Virus record (IMG/VR): IMGVR_UViG_3300042090_000890
Coordinates: 33,915-97,914 of that record
Direction: 5' to 3' (one strand)
Source: a virus
Length of the DNA: 64,000 bases
The position numbers and the translations under genes were made by a program. Shown piece after piece: positions 1 through 8,541 of this stretch. Numbering within the stretch: the first letter of the stretch is position 1; each line of letters begins with the position of its first letter. The notes below the pieces were generated by a model, which had not been told where the DNA came from, did no database searches, and saw nothing but the letters and a program-made list of their open reading frames with translations.

Positions 1-1
1 G

Positions 2-1057
2 TCCCGGATCATCGAGGAAATTTGCAAACGCAATCCAGTGCAGACCACGATAGTCACACCTTCAAAGAACGTGACCAATCAGCTGTTCCGTGAAATGCAA
101 TGGTTATTCGGATCAAAGTTGGTCGGCAAGTACGGCGATGGCAAGCATGACATCCACAAACTTTTCACAGTTTGCACGGCCCAAGCCCTCATGCGCATCG
201 AGCAAGGCTCGGAAGAGTGGGAGTTCTTCTCTGAATGCCAGCAATTCGTGTGGGATGAGTCGCATACGACTCCTGCCAATACGTTCGATGCCGTAGAGCT
301 TGGCCTTCTCAGAAATGTCCCGTACCGCTTCCACGTTTCGGCTACTCAGATGCGACATGACGGCCAGGACATGAAGCTGCGCGGCATCATTGGTCCGATC
401 GTGTACAAAAAGGAATTCAAGGAACTGGTCGACGAAGGCTTCCTCGCCCGCCCGTATTTCAAGGTATTCAACGTCGCCGCCTATGGCTTGGCCAACAACC
501 GCGACATAGCGCGTGAACAGCGGGAACAGCTTTATTTGAACCCGAACGTCAACCGTCTGGCCGCTGAGTTTGCGATCAAGTCCATCGCTCTCGCGAACCG
601 CCCGACGCTCATCCTGCTGGATGAGTTCGTACAGTTTGCGGCGCTACGCCCGTACCTTGGCTCCATACCGTTCGAGTTCTGCCACGGCGGAGCCAACGGC
701 GAAGACAAGAAGGGAACGAAGGTACGCGATATCCTTCCGAGAGAGTTCTGGGAATCCGACGTCGAAGGTGCCGTTGACCGCTTCAATCGTGGTGAGAAGA
801 AACTGTTGGTAGGCACCAAAGCAATATCAACCGGCGTGGACACCAAGCCTGCAGGATGCGTGATCAACCTTCAAGGCGGTCTATCCGAAGTGGCCACGAA
901 GCAGGCGATCGGTCGTGGTACTCGCGTTACGGAGACAAAGAAAGACGTGATCGTGGTCGACTTTCGCGTGGTTGGATCTTCGGCCATGGAACGACATGCA
1001 GATACCCGCGTCGAGATTTACAAGACGATGGGTGATGTCCAGGAGATCACAAAATGA
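2..1057 (+). CDS. SF2 DNA helicase (UvsW-like), 5' truncated by window edge
   Basis: DExH box FVWDESH, motif III SAT, motif V TGVD, motif VI QAIGRGTR; frame is open from position 2. Confidence 0.85.
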   Translation, partial: SRIIEEICKRNPVQTTIVTPSKNVTNQLFREMQWLFGSKLVGKYGDGKHDIHKLFTVCTAQALMRIEQGSEEWEFFSECQQFVWDESHTTPANTFDAVELGLLRNVPYRFHVSATQMRHDGQDMKLRGIIGPIVYKKEFKELVDEGFLARPYFKVFNVAAYGLANNRDIAREQREQLYLNPNVNRLAAEFAIKSIALANRPTLILLDEFVQFAALRPYLGSIPFEFCHGGANGEDKKGTKVRDILPREFWESDVEGAVDRFNRGEKKLLVGTKAISTGVDTKPAGCVINLQGGLSEVATKQAIGRGTRVTETKKDVIVVDFRVVGSSAMERHADTRVEIYKTMGDVQEITK

Positions 1058-2139
1058 TCGATCAGCCGGAAGAGCACATCAAGCGTGATTTGTACAACCA
1101 GTTCCGGCACGAAATGAATCTGGTCCTGCGCGAGAATGACGAATCGAACGGACAATCCCAAAAAGTTCTGTTGAACGAGCTTTTCAAACTCGAACGAGAG
1201 TTCAAGAAGCTGATGCTGATGAACGAGCACGGAGCGATTACGTACAAGAAGTTCATCGAGTTTATCCTCGGCGATAAGTCCGAAGGCGGCAAGGGCAACA
1301 AGCTGTCGATCCGCCCGTACTTCCGAGAACGGCAGGACACGTTCTCGAACAAAGTATTTCCGATTCTGGACCGTTTTGCAGAAGCCCAGGAAGCCAAAAA
1401 GCCGGTCGACAAAGAAGCTAAGTCGATGCACCACTTTCGCATCAACTACCTCTTCGTGCGATGGGTACTCGACAAGTCGCCTGCGGGTACGCTCAATTAT
1501 CGCGGGCCGAACAAGCGTAAGATGAAGATTTTGCACGATAAAATAGTGCATATACGTCATTTGTTGTGCGAGAATAATCTACCACTCGCGCTTAACCGAA
1601 CGGCCTTATTCTTTTCGAAGATTCCACCGAGCCATGCTCAGTACATGGATCTGGTTCAGGACTCCGCCAAAGGACTTTTGGAAGCGATCGACAACTTCGT
1701 GCCGCCGTACAAGACTGTCTTCCGATCGGTTGCAATCGGTCGGATAGGCTTGAATATGTCGGAAGACGTCGGCGCTTCGCTCGTCAAACTTCCGCCGAAG
1801 GACAAGCGTATCCTGTACCGGGTCCGGAAAGCAAAACAAAAGAACGTCGACATTTCCGACAAAGACTTGCAAGCATTCGTTGGCGAGAGCTTCAAAGGCA
1901 CCACTTCCGCTGAGATAGAAATGATCGAGGCGGCTTCCAACCAAGTCGTTTCTATTGATGCCAAGGACGAGCATTCGAGGCCTATGTCAGAGACCATCGC
2001 GGACCCGACCAGCATCGAGGATCACGTAGAACGTACCGAGGTAGCCAACCAGCTCCTCGTACAGCTCAATAAGCTCAAGGTGATAGAGAAGAAAGTTTTG
2101 TTGATGAAAACCGGCGAAATATACGGTATCTTCGAGTAG
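1054..2139 (+). CDS. Phage-encoded sigma-70-family RNA polymerase sigma factor (probable late sigma)
   Basis: Region 2-like ENNLPLALNR...YMDLVQDSAKGLLEAIDNF...FRSVAIGRI; region 3-like VVSID...MSETIAD; ends after region 4.1-like LNKLKVIEKKVLLMKTG. Confidence 0.8.
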   Translation: MIDQPEEHIKRDLYNQFRHEMNLVLRENDESNGQSQKVLLNELFKLEREFKKLMLMNEHGAITYKKFIEFILGDKSEGGKGNKLSIRPYFRERQDTFSNKVFPILDRFAEAQEAKKPVDKEAKSMHHFRINYLFVRWVLDKSPAGTLNYRGPNKRKMKILHDKIVHIRHLLCENNLPLALNRTALFFSKIPPSHAQYMDLVQDSAKGLLEAIDNFVPPYKTVFRSVAIGRIGLNMSEDVGASLVKLPPKDKRILYRVRKAKQKNVDISDKDLQAFVGESFKGTTSAEIEMIEAASNQVVSIDAKDEHSRPMSETIADPTSIEDHVERTEVANQLLVQLNKLKVIEKKVLLMKTGEIYGIFE

Positions 2140-2147
2140 GAGGAATT

Positions 2148-2459
2148 ATGGCGCTTTTTACCAAGAAGGGCGAGCTGGCGATCACAAAGCCAGAGTTTAA
2201 GAAAATCGAGGCTGAAGTGGTCGGCGGCATGGCTCGCATCTCTCAGCGCATAGCGGTGACCGAAGCGGTCCTCGTGATGAACTACAATTTCCAAGGCGTT
2301 GAATTGCGTGCAGGCGACAAGATCCTGTTGCGCGGCGACTCCGGCCTAACCAAATGGGCTGCCAACGAACTGCGGCTCGAAACCGGCGAAGTGTTCGTCC
2401 TCTGTCCGGAAGATGTCGTACTTGGATATCGCACCTTGGTGGTTGGGCATGGAGGATAA
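2148..2459 (+). CDS. Hypothetical protein
   Basis: ORF with strong SD (AGGAGG), in operon context. Confidence 0.7.
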   Translation: MALFTKKGELAITKPEFKKIEAEVVGGMARISQRIAVTEAVLVMNYNFQGVELRAGDKILLRGDSGLTKWAANELRLETGEVFVLCPEDVVLGYRTLVVGHGG

Positions 2460-3507
2460 AATCAACAGGTACCACATTGTCATACCGGTCGGCGACCCGC
2501 ACATCCGCAAGGAAGATATTCCGGAAGCAAAGAAGTTCATAAAGTGGCTCATCAAAAGTGCGTTCAATCTTTACGAGAACACGGGCGATAAGATACTTGT
2601 GCTGTTCATGGGCGACCAACTGAATGACTTTGGCATAGCCAGAGCTGAAGTGCTAGAATTTTGGAAATGGGCCTATGACGAATTTAAGCCGGTAAAAGGC
2701 GCCGTAGACACAATGTCTCTGATCGGCAACCACGACATGAACCAAGAGGAGTCCGCTTCGACCATGTCCGTGTATGATCAGCGCACTATTCTAGCCGGTA
2801 GAGAACCAGTGTTCATAAACAATACCGCAGCCGCTATTGGGTTCGTTCGCAGTGAAGATGTTTTTCGCGCTCACGTCATTCAAGCGTACAACGCGGGAGC
2901 CAGGACTATTTTTTGCCACGCCGAATTTGAAGGATCGCAGTACGAGTCCGGCACATACGCGCCGAACGGTTTCAAACTTGACCGGTATCCAGACGACTTG
3001 TCGTTCATCACCGGCCACATTCACAAGCAACAGCAGTTCGGCAAGGTATGGTGCGTCGGTACGCCGCGTCACTTGACGAAATCCGATATAGGCGAAGTCA
3101 AAGGCGTAAACGCTTTGAATCTCACGAATGGCGTTACACTGTTCTCGCCGACGCCGGAAGATGTGTTCGAGTCGTTCAAATCGATCGTCCTCGAAGAATC
3201 ACCTACGTTTGACGAGAAGGTGATAAAAGACATTAAGGACTCGACCAAGGTGTACATCGAGATCAAAGGCTCTCGCGACTTCTGTAAGAAAATCGCTCGA
3301 CTGATTCCGTCTCTGTGCAAGGTTCGGTCGACGTACACTGATCTTGAAAGAACGGCCACGGTTAAAGAATCCGAAGGCATTCCGAAGACATTCGCGAAGT
3401 TTTCGGACGAGTATTTCAAGACGCACAATGTGCCGGACCACGTCAAGAAAGCTATTTTGGACAAAGTGTTTAAGAGATGTCCGTCTTTAAAGGATGGTGT
3501 ACGATGA
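2449..3507 (+). CDS. Calcineurin-like metallophosphoesterase, Mre11/SbcD/T4 gp47-like nuclease
   Basis: Motifs GDPH, GDQLND, GNHD, FCH, GHIH; start moved to ATG 2449. Confidence 0.8.
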   Translation: MEDKINRYHIVIPVGDPHIRKEDIPEAKKFIKWLIKSAFNLYENTGDKILVLFMGDQLNDFGIARAEVLEFWKWAYDEFKPVKGAVDTMSLIGNHDMNQEESASTMSVYDQRTILAGREPVFINNTAAAIGFVRSEDVFRAHVIQAYNAGARTIFCHAEFEGSQYESGTYAPNGFKLDRYPDDLSFITGHIHKQQQFGKVWCVGTPRHLTKSDIGEVKGVNALNLTNGVTLFSPTPEDVFESFKSIVLEESPTFDEKVIKDIKDSTKVYIEIKGSRDFCKKIARLIPSLCKVRSTYTDLERTATVKESEGIPKTFAKFSDEYFKTHNVPDHVKKAILDKVFKRCPSLKDGVR

Positions 3508-3827
3508 GCGACGTCAAAGCTACCGTAGAAGAGCAGCTGCAGCTGTTAAAAGGCATGACGGTCAGAACCGGCATGATCCACGAGGCGCAAGCCCTCCAGC
3601 TCAGAAACTGGCCTATGCTAATTCCAAGCGTATCCAAAGCAGAGGCACGCGTCGACACAGAACTGCAGACGGTCACGTTCGTGTGTAAGGCGAATAGGCT
3701 GTACTCGAACAAGAAAACAAAGTTGCTGTACAAGAACATCGGCGAGTGGGTACGCAACCTACTCTGGAACGAGACTCGCGTAGTCATCGAAATCAACGGC
3801 AAGAAGGTCTTCGACACGGCCAATTGA
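3504..3827 (+). CDS. Hypothetical protein
   Basis: ATGA overlap with the upstream stop. Confidence 0.65.
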   Translation: MSDVKATVEEQLQLLKGMTVRTGMIHEAQALQLRNWPMLIPSVSKAEARVDTELQTVTFVCKANRLYSNKKTKLLYKNIGEWVRNLLWNETRVVIEINGKKVFDTAN

Positions 3828-3848
3828 TGATTTTCGGTATAATGAGGT

Positions 3849-4505
3849 ATGTCGAGCGAAAAAGGCCTCCAATTATACCGACCTGACGATTACGTGACGC
3901 TTGCGAAAGCTGACCTTTCGCCGGAAGATCAAATAATTCTGACAGCTTACGTCGAAAAAGGCGGTCACCCGCTGTCACCGGTCGTGTCGACGAATATGTT
4001 CGAGTTGTTTTTGAACGGTTCGGATGCCCACGAGATCCACCGCCTCAACAGCGCGTTCCCTCTCGGCGCGATCATGGATGCCCAGATCCGTTACAAGTGG
4101 ACCGCCGCCCGCGACGCGGACGCGCTCGCCCGCCAGAGCAAAATGCGAGATACCGTTATGCGGGCGCAGGTCGCTACGACTGAGCTGATGTCTGACATGC
4201 TGGTAGCGGCCAACAAGCAACACAGCGACAAGCTCAAGAAATTCATCCAGACCGGCGACGAGAAGGATTTGGATGGCGCGCTGAATATCGAATCCCTGCA
4301 CAGCTTGCTAAAGATCACCGAAGGGTTGCTCAAAATTACCGGCCAAGACCGTGTGTCAAAGGTCAAGACAGAGAATACGCAGAACTTGAACGTCAGCTTG
4401 ACCGGCGCCGGGCCGTCCAATGACCTTTCGGACGAAGAGGCTGGTCGAATCCTTGAGATTCTGTCTGATGCAAAGCGGAGGAAAAATGCTGAGTCCAAAA
4501 AATAG
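3849..4505 (+). CDS. Hypothetical protein, possible terminase small subunit
   Basis: Helical protein of typical size two genes upstream of TerL; function inferred from position only. Confidence 0.4.
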   Translation: MSSEKGLQLYRPDDYVTLAKADLSPEDQIILTAYVEKGGHPLSPVVSTNMFELFLNGSDAHEIHRLNSAFPLGAIMDAQIRYKWTAARDADALARQSKMRDTVMRAQVATTELMSDMLVAANKQHSDKLKKFIQTGDEKDLDGALNIESLHSLLKITEGLLKITGQDRVSKVKTENTQNLNVSLTGAGPSNDLSDEEAGRILEILSDAKRRKNAESKK

Positions 4506-4947
4506 GATTCTAGTATGGCAAGTGAAAAATAAAATCTTCCAAAAGTTGTATAAATTTTTGGTATGGGCTTTCGGCATGGAAAGCGAGATCATCGATGTGC
4601 TCAATCGAGCCAGAGGCGAGATCACTGGCCTCCGTGCCGACAAGGAAAAGCTGGAGAAACAGGTTGTACTGCACGACCGTGGCACTTCCCTCGACGTACG
4701 TTCGTCACTCGCGGCTATCGATCTCGATTCGCTCGGAGAGATCATTTGGATAACGGTCGGCGACGAGCGCATGCTTAGGGCTGACGTCTTCAATCAGATA
4801 CGAGACTATTACAACACTCACGGAAAAGGTCACTCGATCTTGTTGGTCACTGGCCCGAACGTGACGTTCAAGTCTCTCACGGACGGAGATTTAGAAGAAG
4901 CTGGGCTTCGCCGACTTTCGAGGCTTGAGCGCATAGGCTTACGATGA
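4486..4947 (+). CDS. Hypothetical protein
   Basis: GGAGG SD before ATG 4486; stop overlaps TerL start. Confidence 0.55.
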   Translation: MLSPKNRILVWQVKNKIFQKLYKFLVWAFGMESEIIDVLNRARGEITGLRADKEKLEKQVVLHDRGTSLDVRSSLAAIDLDSLGEIIWITVGDERMLRADVFNQIRDYYNTHGKGHSILLVTGPNVTFKSLTDGDLEEAGLRRLSRLERIGLR

Positions 4948-6851
4948 GTGTTTCCCGACCGGTCGATCCACATTTAGCTCAGACATTTCTAAAGCGCTTC
5001 ACGAGCCCGAAGCACGCTAAGACGTGGATTCACAATTTCCTCGATCTGGACTTCCCGGATTCGTGGGTAGACCCAGATTCGAATTCGAGTCCGGTGCATT
5101 GGCTATACGAAACGTACAAGATGTACGAGGCCAATATGGGCCACACGTCTCCGAGCACGATCGTGATTTCCTCGCGGGAGTCGTACAAGACACTTTCAGA
5201 AGCGGCGTTCGCAATCATCATGATGGTCCAATTCGGCGCCTCGATCGCTCATATGGCCGCTATCGTACCGCAGGCGACCGCCGCGCAGAATTACATTTCC
5301 ATGTTCATCGACAAGATCAAACCGTATCTGGAATACCACAAGATCGAGTTGGACTCGTCGAACGCAAAGGAAATCAGTTTAAAGCTGAATCCCGGCACGC
5401 CGGAAGAGAAACAGGCGTACATGAAGATCATCGTTTGCACCGTTACCGGCGCGAACAGTTCGCATACGAACATCTTCACGATCGACGAGATCGATACGAT
5501 CCGGTCTCGCGAGCAGCTGCGCGCCTACAAAGAAGCGGAGTACATTCCTGGAGTGTTCAACGGCCAGCATCCGGTTACGATCAAAACATCGACATTGAAA
5601 TTCCCTGGCGGACTATTTACCAAAGAGATGGAGAAGGCCCAGAAGTCCGGCCATCGCGTATTCCGGTGGAATATCATCGACATCACTGAGAAGTGTCAAT
5701 CGGCCCGACATCTGCCGGACAAGCCAAAGCAGTTCGTGTATGTTGCTCGCAGCCTGCCGCTTCGGACCATCACGGAAATCGAATATGCGAATCTGATCGA
5801 AAAGGAAAAAGAAGGTTTCGACCGTGTCGAGGCGTACGAAGGTTGCCTCAAGTGTCCTCTTCTTCCGGTGTGCCGCACCCGTTTAGCGCACCGCTCCGAA
5901 AAGGATGTTGGCGGTTTGTGGAAGCCGATCGATTTTACAATCTCACAGTTCGACAAAGACCCGGACCTGGCCGAAGCTCAGCTGATGTGCTGGAAGCCTT
6001 CGTCCGCTGGTATGGTTTATCCCCGATTCGTCGATCTCGCCGATGGGACCGGCAACACGTACAGTCTTAAGCAGGCGTGGGAAGTTTACACCGGAGAAAA
6101 AGCGCCGACAGGCCTCGTGTTCCCGCACCTGATCGAGTTCATGCTCAGCAAAGGTATTCGGTTCTATGCCGGTGTCGATTGGGGCACCACACATGCCTTC
6201 GCGATTTCGGTGTCCGCCAAGATGCCAAATGGCGAATGGTGGTTGGTAGACGGATATTCCGTACCGCAGCTCGAATTCGCCCAGATGATGGCGCTCGCGA
6301 TAGAAGTCCGGGACATGTACCGCGTCGCGCAGTGGTTCGCGGATACATCGGAGCCGATGTTCATCAAAGAATTCAAGAACGCCCGCATGCCATGCAAGAA
6401 GTTCACGAAGGATGTCTTCGGAGGCATCTCAGCTGTTCGCGGTCGGATTATCAACGCCCGCAACCGTCGGTTCTTGAAAGTCATCAAGCACGACCGAACT
6501 GAGCTGTTCATCAAGATGTTTGCGGAGCACTGCTTTAAACTGGATACCCTCGGCAATCTGACGAAGGACCCGGACGATGGTGAGTACGCAGATATCGCTG
6601 ACTCAGTGCGGTATCAAGCCCAGAACCTGTACAAGATTTCCAAGATCAATACTCCCCCGCCGCCGCAGCCGGTCAACCCGTTCGAACAGTTCTTTGCACA
6701 GACTCCTACTCCGGAAAAGCACTTTCAGGATTGGCAGACCCAGAAAAGACAGGTTTTGGACGGCGGAGACACCTCCGCAGGTTTGAAGGGAAAGTCGGCT
6801 GACGGGAACGTTATATGGGACTTTGGCACCGAAGAGGGTGCCGATGATTAG
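4944..6851 (+). CDS. Terminase large subunit
   Basis: Walker A-like SRESYKT, Walker B FTIDEID, motif III TST, RNase H-like GVDWG and DIADSVRY; upstream of portal. Confidence 0.88.
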   Translation: MSVSRPVDPHLAQTFLKRFTSPKHAKTWIHNFLDLDFPDSWVDPDSNSSPVHWLYETYKMYEANMGHTSPSTIVISSRESYKTLSEAAFAIIMMVQFGASIAHMAAIVPQATAAQNYISMFIDKIKPYLEYHKIELDSSNAKEISLKLNPGTPEEKQAYMKIIVCTVTGANSSHTNIFTIDEIDTIRSREQLRAYKEAEYIPGVFNGQHPVTIKTSTLKFPGGLFTKEMEKAQKSGHRVFRWNIIDITEKCQSARHLPDKPKQFVYVARSLPLRTITEIEYANLIEKEKEGFDRVEAYEGCLKCPLLPVCRTRLAHRSEKDVGGLWKPIDFTISQFDKDPDLAEAQLMCWKPSSAGMVYPRFVDLADGTGNTYSLKQAWEVYTGEKAPTGLVFPHLIEFMLSKGIRFYAGVDWGTTHAFAISVSAKMPNGEWWLVDGYSVPQLEFAQMMALAIEVRDMYRVAQWFADTSEPMFIKEFKNARMPCKKFTKDVFGGISAVRGRIINARNRRFLKVIKHDRTELFIKMFAEHCFKLDTLGNLTKDPDDGEYADIADSVRYQAQNLYKISKINTPPPPQPVNPFEQFFAQTPTPEKHFQDWQTQKRQVLDGGDTSAGLKGKSADGNVIWDFGTEEGADD

Positions 6852-6860
6852 CCTAATCTT
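6852..6860 (+). promoter_or_regulatory. Putative late promoter motif CCTAATCTT
   Basis: Exact copy directly after the TerL stop; recurs before structural genes. Confidence 0.7.
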
Positions 6861-6898
6861 CAAGGAATATAATGCCTTGAGATTTCAAAGAGGTAAAT

Positions 6899-8533
6899 AT
6901 GCACCAGAATTCAAATGATTGCCCGGACAGTATACTGAACATGATGGTCAGTATGCTTTGCTACCAGGACGGCCAAGTTACCGACAATCCGCACCAGCGT
7001 GCGTTCGATTATCGGCTCCGCCTTGAAAGCATCGGATGTAAGAACCCGTACGGCAACGAAGTCCTGATAGGCCCCGGCCAGTCGTTCTCGCTATTTTCCA
7101 GCGTCATTGCTACCGGGCTGACCGGCAGCTCGATCGTGAACATGGACCCGCAATCGCCGCCGGAGTCGATTTACCGGTTGTCGGTATCATCCGGCACGAC
7201 GAATAATTTCCGCACCGGTCGCACGGTGTCTGATCTCGCAGGTTGCACGGTCACGGTCAACAACAACGCCGTCGCCGTATTCCAATTCACTGGAGCTAAC
7301 TACACGAATAACAACCAGAATTTCTCGGCCAATGCTGCAATCGTAGCCGGTACGACATTGATCGCAACCGGCACGGGCGCGCCAGCTTTCAACGCGTATC
7401 AGATGACAACTGCACCGGCAAATGCTACGGCAGGCGCCGTATACCAAGATGCTCTGAACACCAATCAGCGATATACCGTCGAGCAGACGGTCTCAGGCGG
7501 TACGACCTTGATTGCTTCCGGCCCGACACCGCCCGAATCGACTTTTGCGATCACGTGCAGCCCGGCATCAGCATCCGCAGGCGCGGTTTACCAGCTGAAC
7601 GGCCATCATTACCACGTCACCACCACGATTACAGGCGGTGCGTTGCTTACGGCTACTGGCTACACACAGCCGCCTGCGTCCGGCGTTTTGACGTATGTGT
7701 CCGGTACCGGTGACCCGACGATCACATATTCCTCGTTTACGCTCTCAGGCTCTCTGACACTTTTTTCTGGTACCGGCGATGGAACGATTACGTATTCAGG
7801 ATACGTCCCGGTCGGATTGCTGACTCTCGACAGCGGCGTGGGCGATTCTTTGATCATTTACACGTCTGTCACGGCTGTCGGAAATCAGTACACGTTCACG
7901 GTTAACCCGGCGAATGCTTCCGTTCCGAACATCAGTACGGTGCAGGTCGGCGACATTATGCGCATCAACGGCCAGATGGGTTATGATACTCCGCCTTATG
8001 CGTTTAATCCAATAAATTCAGGCAGTTGGATCATCATCGCTGTCTCCGGAACCACAGTCCAAGCGGTTCGTCCGGCGGGAACAGCGTTCCAAGCCGTCCA
8101 AGAAACACCTCCCGGCCCAACCGTCAACGATGTGATGTTCTACGCGAACGACAAGGTCATGCCCGGTATGATGTTCCAGATTACCGGCACATTCAGCCCA
8201 GTCACCCAGCGCACATACACCGTCCTTGATTCCACTCCGAACTTCATCCAGTTCTGTTCGACGCAGCCGATTCCTAAAGAGGACGGACTGACTTTTGTGC
8301 CAGGCACTGCAACTTTTTATACAGGCGTCAAGAAAATGGTGTATGTTGAGGTTGATCAGCCATGCGCGGCCCAGTTCAATGGACAGGTCGACGTGCTGAA
8401 CATGATCACACCGATCAAGCCAGGCTCAAGAAATTTGAGAGGCTTTTTAACAAAGATGGGCGAAACGTACAGCTGTACGGTCGTCAACACTTCGGTGAAT
8501 CAGGCGCACGTTAAGTTTTTTACAGTCGAGTAA
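6899..8533 (+). CDS. Virion structural protein with three nested beta-rich domains
   Basis: Thr/Gly/Ser-rich; repeats A-x-A-x-AGAVY and G-x-LT-xx-SG-x-GD; lies between TerL and portal. Confidence 0.6.
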   Translation: MHQNSNDCPDSILNMMVSMLCYQDGQVTDNPHQRAFDYRLRLESIGCKNPYGNEVLIGPGQSFSLFSSVIATGLTGSSIVNMDPQSPPESIYRLSVSSGTTNNFRTGRTVSDLAGCTVTVNNNAVAVFQFTGANYTNNNQNFSANAAIVAGTTLIATGTGAPAFNAYQMTTAPANATAGAVYQDALNTNQRYTVEQTVSGGTTLIASGPTPPESTFAITCSPASASAGAVYQLNGHHYHVTTTITGGALLTATGYTQPPASGVLTYVSGTGDPTITYSSFTLSGSLTLFSGTGDGTITYSGYVPVGLLTLDSGVGDSLIIYTSVTAVGNQYTFTVNPANASVPNISTVQVGDIMRINGQMGYDTPPYAFNPINSGSWIIIAVSGTTVQAVRPAGTAFQAVQETPPGPTVNDVMFYANDKVMPGMMFQITGTFSPVTQRTYTVLDSTPNFIQFCSTQPIPKEDGLTFVPGTATFYTGVKKMVYVEVDQPCAAQFNGQVDVLNMITPIKPGSRNLRGFLTKMGETYSCTVVNTSVNQAHVKFFTVE

Positions 8534-8541
8534 GGTGACGA

